Source: a virus. From it: DNA of 64,000 bases. Numbering within the stretch: position 1 is the first letter of the stretch; the number at the start of each line of letters is the position of its first letter. The position numbers and the translations under genes are program-made. Under the pieces are notes generated by a model. That model made no database searches. It worked only from the letters and a program-made list of their open reading frames with translations, and had not been told where the DNA came from. Shown here one piece after another: positions 16,532 through 26,454 of this stretch. Location of the stretch: the IMG/VR virus record IMGVR_UViG_3300028895_000202, positions 6,930 through 70,929 of that record, one strand, 5' to 3'.

Positions 16532-19500
16532 ATGGTATCACTCATCTTCGCTGCCGCAGTTGCTGGTGGTGCGATTACAAGCACTACAGCAATCATTATC
16601 GGTGGTATATTGGCTGCTGTAGCTGATGCAGCCCTAGCCCAGGCCTTCTTTAAGGATCGCACTGAAGATCCAATCGCCGGGGATACTGAGCGTGGCAAGC
16701 AAATCAAGACCAGTGCCTCCGCAGAGGGGCAGGGCCTGACATACGTGCTTGGTCGAGCCCGCGTCCCGATGCGCCTGATAGCGTCGCAGAACGGATGGAG
16801 GCTCCAGTCTGGTGATCCAGATAAGCATAACATCAACTTCGCCGTAGACGTATCCAATGGTCCCGTAAAAACGCGAGTAGTAAAGTCATCAACTACTGGG
16901 TATGACGAGACCGGGTTCATTGAGGCTGTATACGCGGAAGGGCAGCCGATCTACCTACAGTCGGGAGAAGTCACGTATTCTGGTCCAGACCTGTACTTCC
17001 TATCGTGCCCGAGACAAGTAGAGGCCGGGTCGAATCGTAATGACATTGATTCCTACACAAGCAGTATTTTAGGGACGAATATACAAAGGTATAAGACTAG
17101 ATATGATGCTTCCGTGTCTCAAGACGAGTTGGCATATCCATGGCCCACAATACAGCGCCCGATTGTAATTGTATCACCGCCCTGGGGACCTTCCCTCAGC
17201 AGCCTTCTGCCGGTTGGCGAGGAGGTCACATTTTCCGGCGTACCAGTAGCAACATACACACCTAGCTCTGCGGATCCATCCGGCGTAACTAGCATAACAT
17301 TCGATCCGAACATAGACGGGCAATTCTTTGGAAGAAGCGTTGACCAGCGCGTGCCGTCCGGTTCATCCGCCGACTTTTACGACGACGATACGAATTTATC
17401 TACGCAAGGGCATGACCAAGACGCGCCGGGGTATCGGCTTACGTACCGCGTCGCATATGTGTCTGATGGTTTCAATACATCGGTAGTCGGGACGTTGCCA
17501 TTGACAGTTTTCTCAAGCGTAGCAGACATGACGGGGTGGGAAGTTGCTTCGCTAGAACTATACCCTCACCGTAACGTGCGTGGTAACCAAGACGACTACG
17601 GTGATTGGAAATATGACATTAAAAAGCGCGGCATTAGATGCACTAGGCCAAGCGGTGTCCCGATACTAGCGACAGACATTACAAGTAAATCACTGTTTTG
17701 TTGCACCGCATCAGACGGCCAAACATCTGTATATCCGGGATTTGGCCGTGACATAGTAATATCCGCTGGTAACTCAACACTAGGCTACTACGGTGGCACC
17801 ACGGGGGACTTTCGTGCAGTAGATGCACTTGTAGTTCCAGGCATTCCATTGAATAGAACAGTAACTGCTAGTTACTTCGATCCCTACGGTAATATAAAAA
17901 CGGGTAAGGGTATTCAGCTAAATCAAAATTACGATAACACAGGGTTCCACAATGTTCTAATAAAAGAGTCTGGTATTAGTTACTATTTACCTGTCTTCAC
18001 ACCACCCCCGTCAACCACTAACCCGGCATATCTCGACTCATCAGACTACGATCTAGATGATGATGGAGTAACCCATCATAGCAATGACCTTGCTGAGTTC
18101 GTAGCTAGGTTCCCGCAGGGTGTAGTCCCAAGTAACTATGCGGAACACTACCCCCTAGCATTCGGCGTAGTACAGCATACGTCGTACCCATCGGGAGCGT
18201 CTACCGTCAAAAAGGGTATGGAAGGCACACTATCTACGACGCTCGGGACAAGCGGTACGCAGCCTTTTGCCGCCATGTATCAGATTTCTGGGTCTGATAC
18301 TACTCCTACCTCTGATGTACGTAACCCGAGCACGCCCGTAGGAGCAGTTCTAGCTGAGCTATTTGGGCAGCCGTCTGCGTCTGGGTCTACTAATCCGAAC
18401 ATCTCATCCTGGGTGCCAAACCGCGTTGGTCGAGCCTGGGTTGTGTTCAAGGATATGGACCTCGTCAACTTTGGCGACAGGATACCGAACATGGAGGCCG
18501 TTGTCGTGGAGCGAGAAGACCTGGATCTGGCAACAGCCATCGGAGCCCTGCTGGAGCGACACGGCATCAAACCCTGGCAGTATGACGTGTCAGAGGTTAC
18601 CGGCGAGCTAGAGGGGCTTGCCGTCGTGGAGCCCGTAGGCTCCATCGAGACTATCCAGGCATTGATGGAAGTGTATCGCATTGATGCTCGCGAAGTTGAC
18701 GGCAAACTCCACTTCTCAATGCGAGAAGACGCACCAACTTACGCACTAGAATACGGCGAGCTTGGGGCTAACGACTCAAACGAACGTGTAGAGCCCATAA
18801 ACGTAACCGTTCTACCGACGTCCGCTGCCCCAAAAGTAGTTCAGGTCAAGTTCATGGAAGATGGCGCTGGACTCATCATCAACGCCGTCACGGTCACATC
18901 TGACGGGTCTGGTACTGTATTCGACAGGACAAAGACAGAGAAGCTACAGTACCCGTTTGCCATGACCCGTCGGCGCGCAAACCTCGCCGCGCTACAAGAG
19001 CTTGTAGACAGACAACTGGAGCTTGAGCAGTACTCACTTAACATACCTCCAACGCGACTTGACATCCGTGACAGCGACTGCTTCAGCACCGTGGTAGATG
19101 CTGACGACTCTAGCTTCGAGGTGGTGGGTAGGATTACAGAGATTGAACGTGGTGCTAACTTCTACCCCGTAGCCAGGGCGACGAAGGTTAACCCGAGTGC
19201 TAAGGCCCTACCGATCGATCTAATACCGGAGGAAGGGGCGTCGGGTACATTCGGTGGTCAGGGTGATTCTGGCGGCGGGCAGCCACCAACAGATCAGGCC
19301 TATACCCCACACCCAGTGTTAGCTTCGTGGATTAACGTTGGTTACGTAAGCGGTAGCACTAACTCCACGGAAATTCATGACACGAATGTGCCGCAGGCCA
19401 CCGTGGCGTGGCTAAACCCAGGTGGAATAAGCCCCAACCAACAACTGCTTGAGACAGACGACGACCAAGAACGAGCTATAGTAGCCTCATCAGTAATTGA

Positions 19501-20581
19501 GAATTCCATACTGGGACTAGATCTTAGCTACGAGATAGTGGCAGCTAACCTCTACGGAAGTGCTAGTGCAGACCTAGCACAAAAACTAGGACTTGACCCG
19601 ACCGACTACGCCGCAGTGTCTGCGCCGACAAACTACCTTAGCAGGCATGAGAGCATCACAATCGAGGATCCGACCGGCTCGTTCCGCGATTTGTATGATG
19701 GCCCGGCGTATGATAACAGTGCCCCATCTGCCGCCGAAGCCTCCCTTCATCAAAGGTATCTGGTCATAGGTACGGAAATCATAAGCTGGTCAAAGTGGGA
19801 GATATCTGGCAGTCAAGTAACTCTGAGCGGACTGCAGCGCGGTATCGGCAACACGAACGCGCCAACTACGCTGGTGTATACGTCGGACGGAGACATAATC
19901 GACTATACGACAGAGCCACTATTCATCAATCCGCTAAGCACGATACCACGTGCCTATATCGATGCTGGACAAAGGGTTATGTTTACCGTCCCGCAAAGCG
20001 TACCGTCGGAAGAACTCCGGTTTGAGTCAGCTACTGGCGGTCAAGGTGGACTTGTCGATTTCCCATACTACAATGAGGGTGTAGCGATAACAGTCGGTGG
20101 TGATACGTTACCTACCCGAATCTATTACGACTCCACCTTCACGCGGAGACCGCCTGTACTGGTCAGGCCAGCCAAATACTTCCAATACGGGGCGGAATAT
20201 GGCTGCTCTGCCACTATCGCCCTGACACTGAGGTCTTCAGGCGGAGGACTGGAGATAGGTTGTTGGCCCCCATCCTTCGTGCTGAACCAGTTGGATAGTT
20301 TCCCAGGTGTCACCGGAGTACTGCGCGACTCTGCAAATGCTCCTATAGCCATTTTCCGGATAACCGGCACGTACGCCAACCCAACAGTAAGCATCACTTC
20401 TGGGTCTGAAACTGGCCTTCAAGTAGAGGCCCGTGGTGTCGGTGAGTCATCTACAGATGGCACGATTGCCATAAAACACGTCATTTCGATTATAGTAAAG
20501 GGAGTCAGCCAGGAATTCAGCCTCATGCTACGCGAGACAGAGCAGAACTATGGGGCATCCTGCGGCCTAATCGTAACCTGA
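16532..20581 (+). CDS. Central tail tip/host-specificity protein (RcGTA g15 megatron-like)
   Basis: S.EG..L.YV.GRARV; GRAWVVFKDMDLVNFGDRIPNMEAVV; IDAREVDGKLHF; LSGLQRG. Confidence 0.8.
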   Translation: MVSLIFAAAVAGGAITSTTAIIIGGILAAVADAALAQAFFKDRTEDPIAGDTERGKQIKTSASAEGQGLTYVLGRARVPMRLIASQNGWRLQSGDPDKHNINFAVDVSNGPVKTRVVKSSTTGYDETGFIEAVYAEGQPIYLQSGEVTYSGPDLYFLSCPRQVEAGSNRNDIDSYTSSILGTNIQRYKTRYDASVSQDELAYPWPTIQRPIVIVSPPWGPSLSSLLPVGEEVTFSGVPVATYTPSSADPSGVTSITFDPNIDGQFFGRSVDQRVPSGSSADFYDDDTNLSTQGHDQDAPGYRLTYRVAYVSDGFNTSVVGTLPLTVFSSVADMTGWEVASLELYPHRNVRGNQDDYGDWKYDIKKRGIRCTRPSGVPILATDITSKSLFCCTASDGQTSVYPGFGRDIVISAGNSTLGYYGGTTGDFRAVDALVVPGIPLNRTVTASYFDPYGNIKTGKGIQLNQNYDNTGFHNVLIKESGISYYLPVFTPPPSTTNPAYLDSSDYDLDDDGVTHHSNDLAEFVARFPQGVVPSNYAEHYPLAFGVVQHTSYPSGASTVKKGMEGTLSTTLGTSGTQPFAAMYQISGSDTTPTSDVRNPSTPVGAVLAELFGQPSASGSTNPNISSWVPNRVGRAWVVFKDMDLVNFGDRIPNMEAVVVEREDLDLATAIGALLERHGIKPWQYDVSEVTGELEGLAVVEPVGSIETIQALMEVYRIDAREVDGKLHFSMREDAPTYALEYGELGANDSNERVEPINVTVLPTSAAPKVVQVKFMEDGAGLIINAVTVTSDGSGTVFDRTKTEKLQYPFAMTRRRANLAALQELVDRQLELEQYSLNIPPTRLDIRDSDCFSTVVDADDSSFEVVGRITEIERGANFYPVARATKVNPSAKALPIDLIPEEGASGTFGGQGDSGGGQPPTDQAYTPHPVLASWINVGYVSGSTNSTEIHDTNVPQATVAWLNPGGISPNQQLLETDDDQERAIVASSVIENSILGLDLSYEIVAANLYGSASADLAQKLGLDPTDYAAVSAPTNYLSRHESITIEDPTGSFRDLYDGPAYDNSAPSAAEASLHQRYLVIGTEIISWSKWEISGSQVTLSGLQRGIGNTNAPTTLVYTSDGDIIDYTTEPLFINPLSTIPRAYIDAGQRVMFTVPQSVPSEELRFESATGGQGGLVDFPYYNEGVAITVGGDTLPTRIYYDSTFTRRPPVLVRPAKYFQYGAEYGCSATIALTLRSSGGGLEIGCWPPSFVLNQLDSFPGVTGVLRDSANAPIAIFRITGTYANPTVSITSGSETGLQVEARGVGESSTDGTIAIKHVISIIVKGVSQEFSLMLRETEQNYGASCGLIVT

Positions 20582-20598
20582 TTCGATAGAGAAGTATC

Positions 20599-23262
20599 AT
20601 GTCCAAATTCCTGACTAGGCACACAGAGGGCTCCACCGGGCAAGCACTGATTGCTAACGAGAACTACCTTCTGATGGAGGTTCTCTCGGGCGCGAACCCC
20701 GTGAAGGGGATTGTGCTGAACTACAACATCCCTGGTATATCTACCTCTAATGCCGCAGACAAGGTGCTGACCTACGACACGTCAGATGGTGCGACTGCGG
20801 TCACGCCTGCGGAAGGCGATGCGTATATCGTAGCTAACTGGGCAACGGAGATCAGGTTTAGGAACGATGCCCCCGGTTCGCTTATCTCGGGGGCTGCTGG
20901 TACTCCACTTGATGCCTCAGGCAACCCGCTCGCCAATGCTGTTGCCGCTAATGGTATAGACTTGGCAACATGTCTACCCTCCGACTGGCGTGCAGCTGAC
21001 AATTACCTGCCGCTCCCCGGCGATCTCATGATCTACACGGGTGCAGAGTGGCTGTGCTTCACTCCACAAGACGGGTGGACCGTAACGATGGCGCAGGATG
21101 CACGGGAGACCGACATCTGCTACAACCCAGTCCTCAACGTAAAGGCCGACGGTACGCTGGTCGCGGTAGATGGCGACGGGGATACGCACTACTCGAATGT
21201 AAACGAGATAGGCTCGCCAAGCCGTGGTATGACGCTTACATACAAGACGGCAAAGACGTTCAATGGTGCTACCCAGGGCTACGAGGACTGGCTTTTCCTT
21301 ACGCCAAAGGATCAGGCAGCAACGTCACAACCGACAGTTGTGAACGTAGCAACGACCGCGCACGCCCCGAGTGCCACGGCCCCAACCACAACTGGAACCA
21401 TCAGCGGGCGCTGGACCAGGGATGCAGTTGTCACCGTCAACGCTGGGAACACTCCGGCTGACGGTGCTAACTACGCCATTAGTGCCATGACAGCTGACGG
21501 TGACGGCGTTAGCTGGAACATAACCGTGGACTCTGGGGCTACTGTAGGTGTCGGTGACATAATATCTTATGCTAGGTCGGATGCGACTGCGTATCTCACA
21601 GGTACTCTCGGTTGGACCTTGACTGTTCTAACCGCAAGCAATACCAGTGGTGATAACTGGAACATCACCGTGATGCCATCTCGTGCAAACTTCAATTCAT
21701 ATGACGGTTCCCCAATTAGTCAGGCAAGCCTGAGTGCCCTTGGGTGGGATGAGACAGCCACACCACGTAGGGGTGGATCGCTGAAGTTCTCCAATAACGA
21801 CCTCGGACTGTGTGATACGGGTACGTTCTGGTACATGGTGCCTAACACAAGCGACGGAGACGTGTACCAGTGTAAGAACTTCTACGCCAAGCAGCGTACC
21901 TGGAAGAGCATCACCAGCGCATCCGGTGGCAGCGGGGCCGTTGACAATGCCATCAAAACGGTCACAGCCGACGCAGGTAGCACGTTCAATGCCGTTGGTG
22001 AGGATACTTTCAACATACGTGGAAGCGGTGCATCAGGCATAACCACTAGCATAACTAGCGATAACCTTACTATCTCACAATCAGCTGCGTCTGCCAGTTC
22101 TTCCGGGTATATGTCAGTCGCAGAGTACCGGCTAAACAAGGCTGTACAGTACTGGCTGGACGATCCTGTACTGAAGGGCTTTGGGACAACAGACCCGCCC
22201 TCTTCGCCATCAGAGGGTGACAAGTACCTTGTCGGATCGCCACCTACGGGAGTCTGGGCGTCCGGAGGATACGCGCTAAAAGTAGTCGTGTATGTCGGCT
22301 CAACCTGGGTCATCGTAGCAGACGTTACCCACGGGCTAACCGTATGTCTTGGAAATGAGACCGTTCCAGAGGGCCTTTTTAGTACGTATCCGGCTGAGTT
22401 CGCTGGCAAGACACTTGTGTACGACTCCGTCGCGCAGGCGTTCTACCCGACTACACCCGTTACGACAGCTACGCCACACTTCACGGGTAAGTACCAGTAT
22501 GTGGGGTCAACTGCGGCACCGGTATACGCGAAGTGCTTCGAGGAGGGGACACTTGAGACGACCACCGGCACCAAATTCGCGATTCGTGATAGCGATACAG
22601 TAACCACCGACGGGAACCTAAAAGTTGTCACGGCAGCGCCCGGTACGTATGGTTACGACATCCTAGGCGTCAGACACGCGATATGGGACACAACTACTGA
22701 GGAATTCTTCCTGATATTTGACAACCAGTCGCTTCGTAACACCTTCTTTAACCCGGGTAATGATCAAAGCGGCACACTTGACATAGCTTTCGACATCTCG
22801 CTAACTGTCCTAAACACATCGGCTTTATCCGAAACCGACACCCTACCCCTTGATACGAATGCGCTAGAACTAACCGCTGCACTTATATCCTTCAAGGGAC
22901 TTAGTGCCTACGCTCCAGGAGGTTCTGAGGTAGGCCTGTATTGGGCCTCAGGGACGCTCACACCTACGACGGCATCATACCTTGACGCTATTTCTACACT
23001 GCAGCTTAGAGTAAACGTGATCAACCCACCAGATCACTACATACCTCATGGGCTCTCAATTAGCTCAAGTTACCCGCGCAGCATCGACGCAACCTTTGCT
23101 CGTGGCACAATTCACTTCGCTTTGGGCGGCGTGCTTAAACTTGGTGGAAGCGAATTCGTTACGGCAGCGTTCGTGACTAACACGAATATCGTTTTGTCGT
23201 ACCCAGAAATCAGCACTCCATCTTCAAAGGTATTTGCCCGTCTGGAGTACACCCCACAGTAA
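20599..23262 (+). CDS. Tail fibre/receptor-binding protein with DUF2793-like segments
   Basis: TPAEGDAYIV...W...TPQDGW and PPSSPSEGDKYLVGSPPTGVWA; T/S/G-rich beta composition. Confidence 0.7.
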   Translation: MSKFLTRHTEGSTGQALIANENYLLMEVLSGANPVKGIVLNYNIPGISTSNAADKVLTYDTSDGATAVTPAEGDAYIVANWATEIRFRNDAPGSLISGAAGTPLDASGNPLANAVAANGIDLATCLPSDWRAADNYLPLPGDLMIYTGAEWLCFTPQDGWTVTMAQDARETDICYNPVLNVKADGTLVAVDGDGDTHYSNVNEIGSPSRGMTLTYKTAKTFNGATQGYEDWLFLTPKDQAATSQPTVVNVATTAHAPSATAPTTTGTISGRWTRDAVVTVNAGNTPADGANYAISAMTADGDGVSWNITVDSGATVGVGDIISYARSDATAYLTGTLGWTLTVLTASNTSGDNWNITVMPSRANFNSYDGSPISQASLSALGWDETATPRRGGSLKFSNNDLGLCDTGTFWYMVPNTSDGDVYQCKNFYAKQRTWKSITSASGGSGAVDNAIKTVTADAGSTFNAVGEDTFNIRGSGASGITTSITSDNLTISQSAASASSSGYMSVAEYRLNKAVQYWLDDPVLKGFGTTDPPSSPSEGDKYLVGSPPTGVWASGGYALKVVVYVGSTWVIVADVTHGLTVCLGNETVPEGLFSTYPAEFAGKTLVYDSVAQAFYPTTPVTTATPHFTGKYQYVGSTAAPVYAKCFEEGTLETTTGTKFAIRDSDTVTTDGNLKVVTAAPGTYGYDILGVRHAIWDTTTEEFFLIFDNQSLRNTFFNPGNDQSGTLDIAFDISLTVLNTSALSETDTLPLDTNALELTAALISFKGLSAYAPGGSEVGLYWASGTLTPTTASYLDAISTLQLRVNVINPPDHYIPHGLSISSSYPRSIDATFARGTIHFALGGVLKLGGSEFVTAAFVTNTNIVLSYPEISTPSSKVFARLEYTPQ

Positions 23263-23287
23263 ATAGCTAAGGCAAGGACGGAATAGT

Positions 23288-24037
23288 ATGGCACAAGCAA
23301 GACACTTCCTAGTGAACGCCTATAACGCGACATCACAGCCTACCGATCCGGTGAACGGTTATAGCGTTCACATTGCTAGTACTGGAGCTGCAGGGACGTT
23401 TGCTGACTACCCTGGGTACATCGCAACATACAACTCCGTATTCGGATGGACTTACGAGTATCCCAAAGTAGCAGACCGGATGACGCAGATCGCCGGATCT
23501 GAACAGACTTTCTTCTTCACCCCGCAAGGCCCCTCCCCAGCATCAACTTGGGTCAGCAAGTCAAACTTGTACTCTTACAAGTCCAACACGCAAGATCTTA
23601 CAACAAGCTATGCAGCTGTAGACGACTGGGAACCGGCGGACCCCTACTCCACGGCCAGCACATTCGGTGCATTCACGTGGAGCACAACTGATGGTGTGTT
23701 ATCGCTATCTCGCACTGTATATGGTTCCCTGGAGCTTATTTGGTGTGTACACGTACAGCAGACAGCATCAGGCAACCTCAACACATATACTGTAAAGGCA
23801 CAGAAAGATGCAGGTGGTACGGGTAGCTGGGTAGACATGGACGGTGGCTTTGCTGGAGGATCAACGTACTCAGACACAAACCTGTTTCACGCCTCTGCAA
23901 CGATATGCGTGCAGGATGCTGCCGCCCAGGAAGACGATGAGTACAGGCTGGTAGCTCAGGTTGAGAGCGACTCGGCTGACAACCTGCTCACCATCACCTC
24001 CGCGTCCCTCAGCGCGAAGGAGATCAGCCCATGGTGA
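23288..24037 (+). CDS. Minor tail fibre-associated protein
   Basis: Degenerate DUF2793-like N-terminus (TSQPTDPVNG...GTFA...IATY...GW); last gene of the tail operon. Confidence 0.5.
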   Translation: MAQARHFLVNAYNATSQPTDPVNGYSVHIASTGAAGTFADYPGYIATYNSVFGWTYEYPKVADRMTQIAGSEQTFFFTPQGPSPASTWVSKSNLYSYKSNTQDLTTSYAAVDDWEPADPYSTASTFGAFTWSTTDGVLSLSRTVYGSLELIWCVHVQQTASGNLNTYTVKAQKDAGGTGSWVDMDGGFAGGSTYSDTNLFHASATICVQDAAAQEDDEYRLVAQVESDSADNLLTITSASLSAKEISPW

Positions 24038-24070
24038 CGCACAGGTAGAGATATAAGACCAGAGCCCCGA

Positions 24071-24110
24071 GACACCGCCCTGTTCCAACACCCGGGGCGG
24101 TGTCATTCTG
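24071..24110 (+). terminator. Hairpin ending the tail operon
   Basis: GACACCGCCC...GGGCGGTGTC inverted repeat followed by ATTCTGT. Confidence 0.55.
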
Positions 24111-24213
24111 TATACTCACGAGTATATTGCGGGAGTCACGCCTACGTAGACCGGGTTACAGCTTTATACTCACGAGTATATTGCGGGAGTCACGCATACT
24201 TAGACCGGGTTAC
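24111..24213. repeat. Two direct copies of a 49-bp unit (54-bp period)
   Basis: TATACTCACGAGTATATTGCGGGAGTCACGC.TAC.TAGACCGGGTTAC at 24111 and 24165. Confidence 0.9.
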
Positions 24214-24350
24214 GGGGCAGGCTGTAAGCCAGCTACGGGCAGGCTGTAGGCTAGCTACGGGCAGGCTGTAGGCCGAGATACGGGCAGGCTGTGGGCTAGC
24301 TACTGGCAGGCTGTAGCCTAGCTACGGGCAGGCTGTAGGCCGAGATACTG
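24211..24350. repeat. About six tandem 22-23-bp iteron-like repeats
   Basis: Consensus TACGGGCAGGCTGTAGGCTAGC. Confidence 0.9.
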
Positions 24351-24590
24351 GGGCAGAACAGCAAGTCAAGATAGAACCCGCCCGATTCTACAGCAGACAT
24401 AAGTCGTGTACAGCTAGTACGTTACAACCTCGATGTTTTGGCCCTCTGGCTGGAGAGCGCGCGCAGCGCGCTCTTCTGCCAGCGAGACAAGGCCTCGGGT
24501 TGGCCGGGGCCTTCGGCCCCGGCCCATCCGGGGTCTTGTCTCCGTGGCCTCACCCCATCAATGTTGCACGCAGGCTGTAATATAGTTCAT

Positions 24591-24617
24591 GTAAGTGCTT
24601 ACTGTAGAAGTACTTAC
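24591..24617. promoter_or_regulatory. 27-bp palindrome (10-7-10), protein-binding or recombination site
   Basis: GTAAGTGCTT-ACTGTAG-AAGTACTTAC; near-copy at 61193. Confidence 0.55.
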
Positions 24618-24659
24618 AGCAACTACACCTCAACCGGCCCTTCAGCCCTGTATTCCTAG

Positions 24660-24716
24660 GACTCAATTGACTCAATTGGTTCAATTGAGTCAAAGGATTC
24701 AATTGACTCCTTTGAG
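24660..24716. repeat. TCAATTG repeat cluster (AT-richer patch)
   Basis: Four TCAATTG copies, the first three at 9-bp spacing. Confidence 0.7.
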
Positions 24717-25435
24717 CCTAAAGACCAATGACATACTCCTGTCACCAAGGGTGTCCTCTACGCTGCGTTTCGGGGAGGCTGACGCCTCCCCTCACTTACG
24801 TAGAGGCCACCCCCTTGGTGTTAGCTCGTACACTTCCTCGTCGGCGGCTTCGCCGCCTCCTCGTCGTGTACTTCACTAACACCAAGGATAACGTGGAAGG
24901 CCTGCCCGGAACTAGCTTGACCCGCAGACGTCCTCACGTACAGCCTGTTACATGGAGTGTGGGTACGGAGGCCCCCAGAACAGGCCAGGGAGAACACTTT
25001 CACCATTACCAGGGCTCAGGCGGGACCTGCACTACCGTGTTCACATGGAGTGCGAGAGGCTTGACCCTCTCGGCTCACTACCGGGGCCGAGGTAGTGAGA
25101 CTGGTTTACTCCCGTTGATTTCAGCCGTAGGGAGTGCCTGATGCGAACCTTACTCGACTGAGACACGCTGTGCAACGCCGAGGCCACGCGCTTTACCTGC
25201 TCCCAGCTTCCAACCCTAGCGAGGTCGGCAGCGCAGCTGCTGGACAGGCGATTCCAGATTGTGAAGAGGTCTCGATCCAGGGGTTCGCTCTTTCCCGGAC
25301 ACGATGAGACCGCTCCTACTATACAGTCTAGTCGGCTAGCTGGTACGCTACAACCCCCAAGAGTTTCTTTGTGCTCGTAACTCACCGTGATCCCGTGACT
25401 TACGACGGCTGGTATACGGAAAACCGGAAAGCTAC

Positions 25436-25462
25436 TGGAGATCTCAGGATCTGTGCTAAGAT
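25436..25462 (+). promoter_or_regulatory. Early sigma70-type promoter
   Basis: TGGAGA-15-TAAGAT with TG extended -10; nearly identical to 26296-26322. Confidence 0.6.
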
Positions 25463-25524
25463 CTGCCCATGTCGCCACGCAGGGTGGCGGCACCACTACC
25501 ACCTGCATCCACAGGAGCACCACG

Positions 25525-26220
25525 ATGCCCGTCACCTTCAAGAACGCCCGCATCTCCACGATTCTGCCCCTCTACGACGGCCACGGTCGGCAACGTGGCT
25601 ACACCGTCGGACACAGCCTGATCAACCGTAAGTGCTGGGTCCCTAACGAGGGCAGCCAGCCCCTCTCCCTCTGTGGCGACACCCACACCTCCCTGGTGGC
25701 GCGCTGGCGTCACGTGACTCCCTCGCTGGACGAACAGGGTGAGTACCGCCGCTACTACGACCGCGAGTTCCAGAAGAAGCGGCTGTACGCCGCTGAGCGC
25801 AGCCTCGCTAGCGTCCAGCTCTGGGGCTTCCACGAGGTCACCCCTACCCCGCTGGACACGGCACGCTTCCTCGACAAGGTGCTCCACTCGGCCACCTTCC
25901 AGCGCCGCTGGGGCCGTCGTAGAATCGAGCTGCGCTATGTTCCCCAGCTGAACGGGGCGCGCGCCCTCCTCGACACCATCAGCCTTCCCACCCAGGACCG
26001 CATCATCACCCCGCTCGTGGTGCTTCACGAGCTGGCCCATTGCCTCTGCCCCATGTGGGAGCGCCACGGTCGCCTGTACGCTGCGAACTACCTGGAGCTT
26101 GTCCGCCTGTTCCACCCCGACGAGGATGCCTACCCGCAGCTCAAGGCGGCCTTCCGTGCCTACGGGGTCAAGAAGAACGCCCGCCGCGCCCCTCGCGCCT
26201 GGGAGGCCTGGGGGCGCTAG
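25525..26220 (+). CDS. HEXXH zinc metallopeptidase-like early protein
   Basis: VVLHELAH and HG..YA..YLELV motifs; ATG preceded by AGGAG. Confidence 0.7.
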   Translation: MPVTFKNARISTILPLYDGHGRQRGYTVGHSLINRKCWVPNEGSQPLSLCGDTHTSLVARWRHVTPSLDEQGEYRRYYDREFQKKRLYAAERSLASVQLWGFHEVTPTPLDTARFLDKVLHSATFQRRWGRRRIELRYVPQLNGARALLDTISLPTQDRIITPLVVLHELAHCLCPMWERHGRLYAANYLELVRLFHPDEDAYPQLKAAFRAYGVKKNARRAPRAWEAWGR

Positions 26221-26234
26221 AGGGTACAGCCTGG

Positions 26235-26265
26235 ACCTAACCCGCCTGTACTAAGCGGGTTAGGT
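26235..26265 (+). terminator. Hairpin after gene
   Basis: ACCTAACCCGC...GCGGGTTAGGT 11-bp stem. Confidence 0.5.
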
Positions 26266-26295
26266 TCATGCCCAAGAAGAAACCAGAAAAGCTAC

Positions 26296-26412
26296 TTGAG
26301 ATCTCAGGATCTGTGCTAAGATCTGGACATCGCTCGACGGCGGCTGCCACACGGCGGCGACCAAGATCTCTCGAAGATACTGCTTGACACCGAGCGATAC
26401 CCGTACTAGACT
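26296..26412 (+). promoter_or_regulatory. Tandem early promoters
   Basis: TTGAGA-15-TAAGAT (26296-26322) and TTGACA-17-TAGACT (26384-26412); AAGGAG RBS downstream. Confidence 0.65.
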
Positions 26413-26454
26413 AGGAAGCATCAGCTACCACCCTTACACAAAGGAGAAACTACC

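Noticed and set aside
10659-20581. Gene transfer agent rather than phage
   Set aside because: The GTA-like baseplate is accompanied by a very long TMP, a full replication module, a sigma factor and tRNAs, which indicates an autonomous phage.
24211-24350. CRISPR or mini-array at the 22-bp repeats
   Set aside because: Head-to-tail tandem repeats with no spacers.
24438-25631. Several ORFs on both strands in the 24.4-25.6 kb gap
   Set aside because: No RBS, motifs or phage-like codon usage; they overlap hairpins and promoters.
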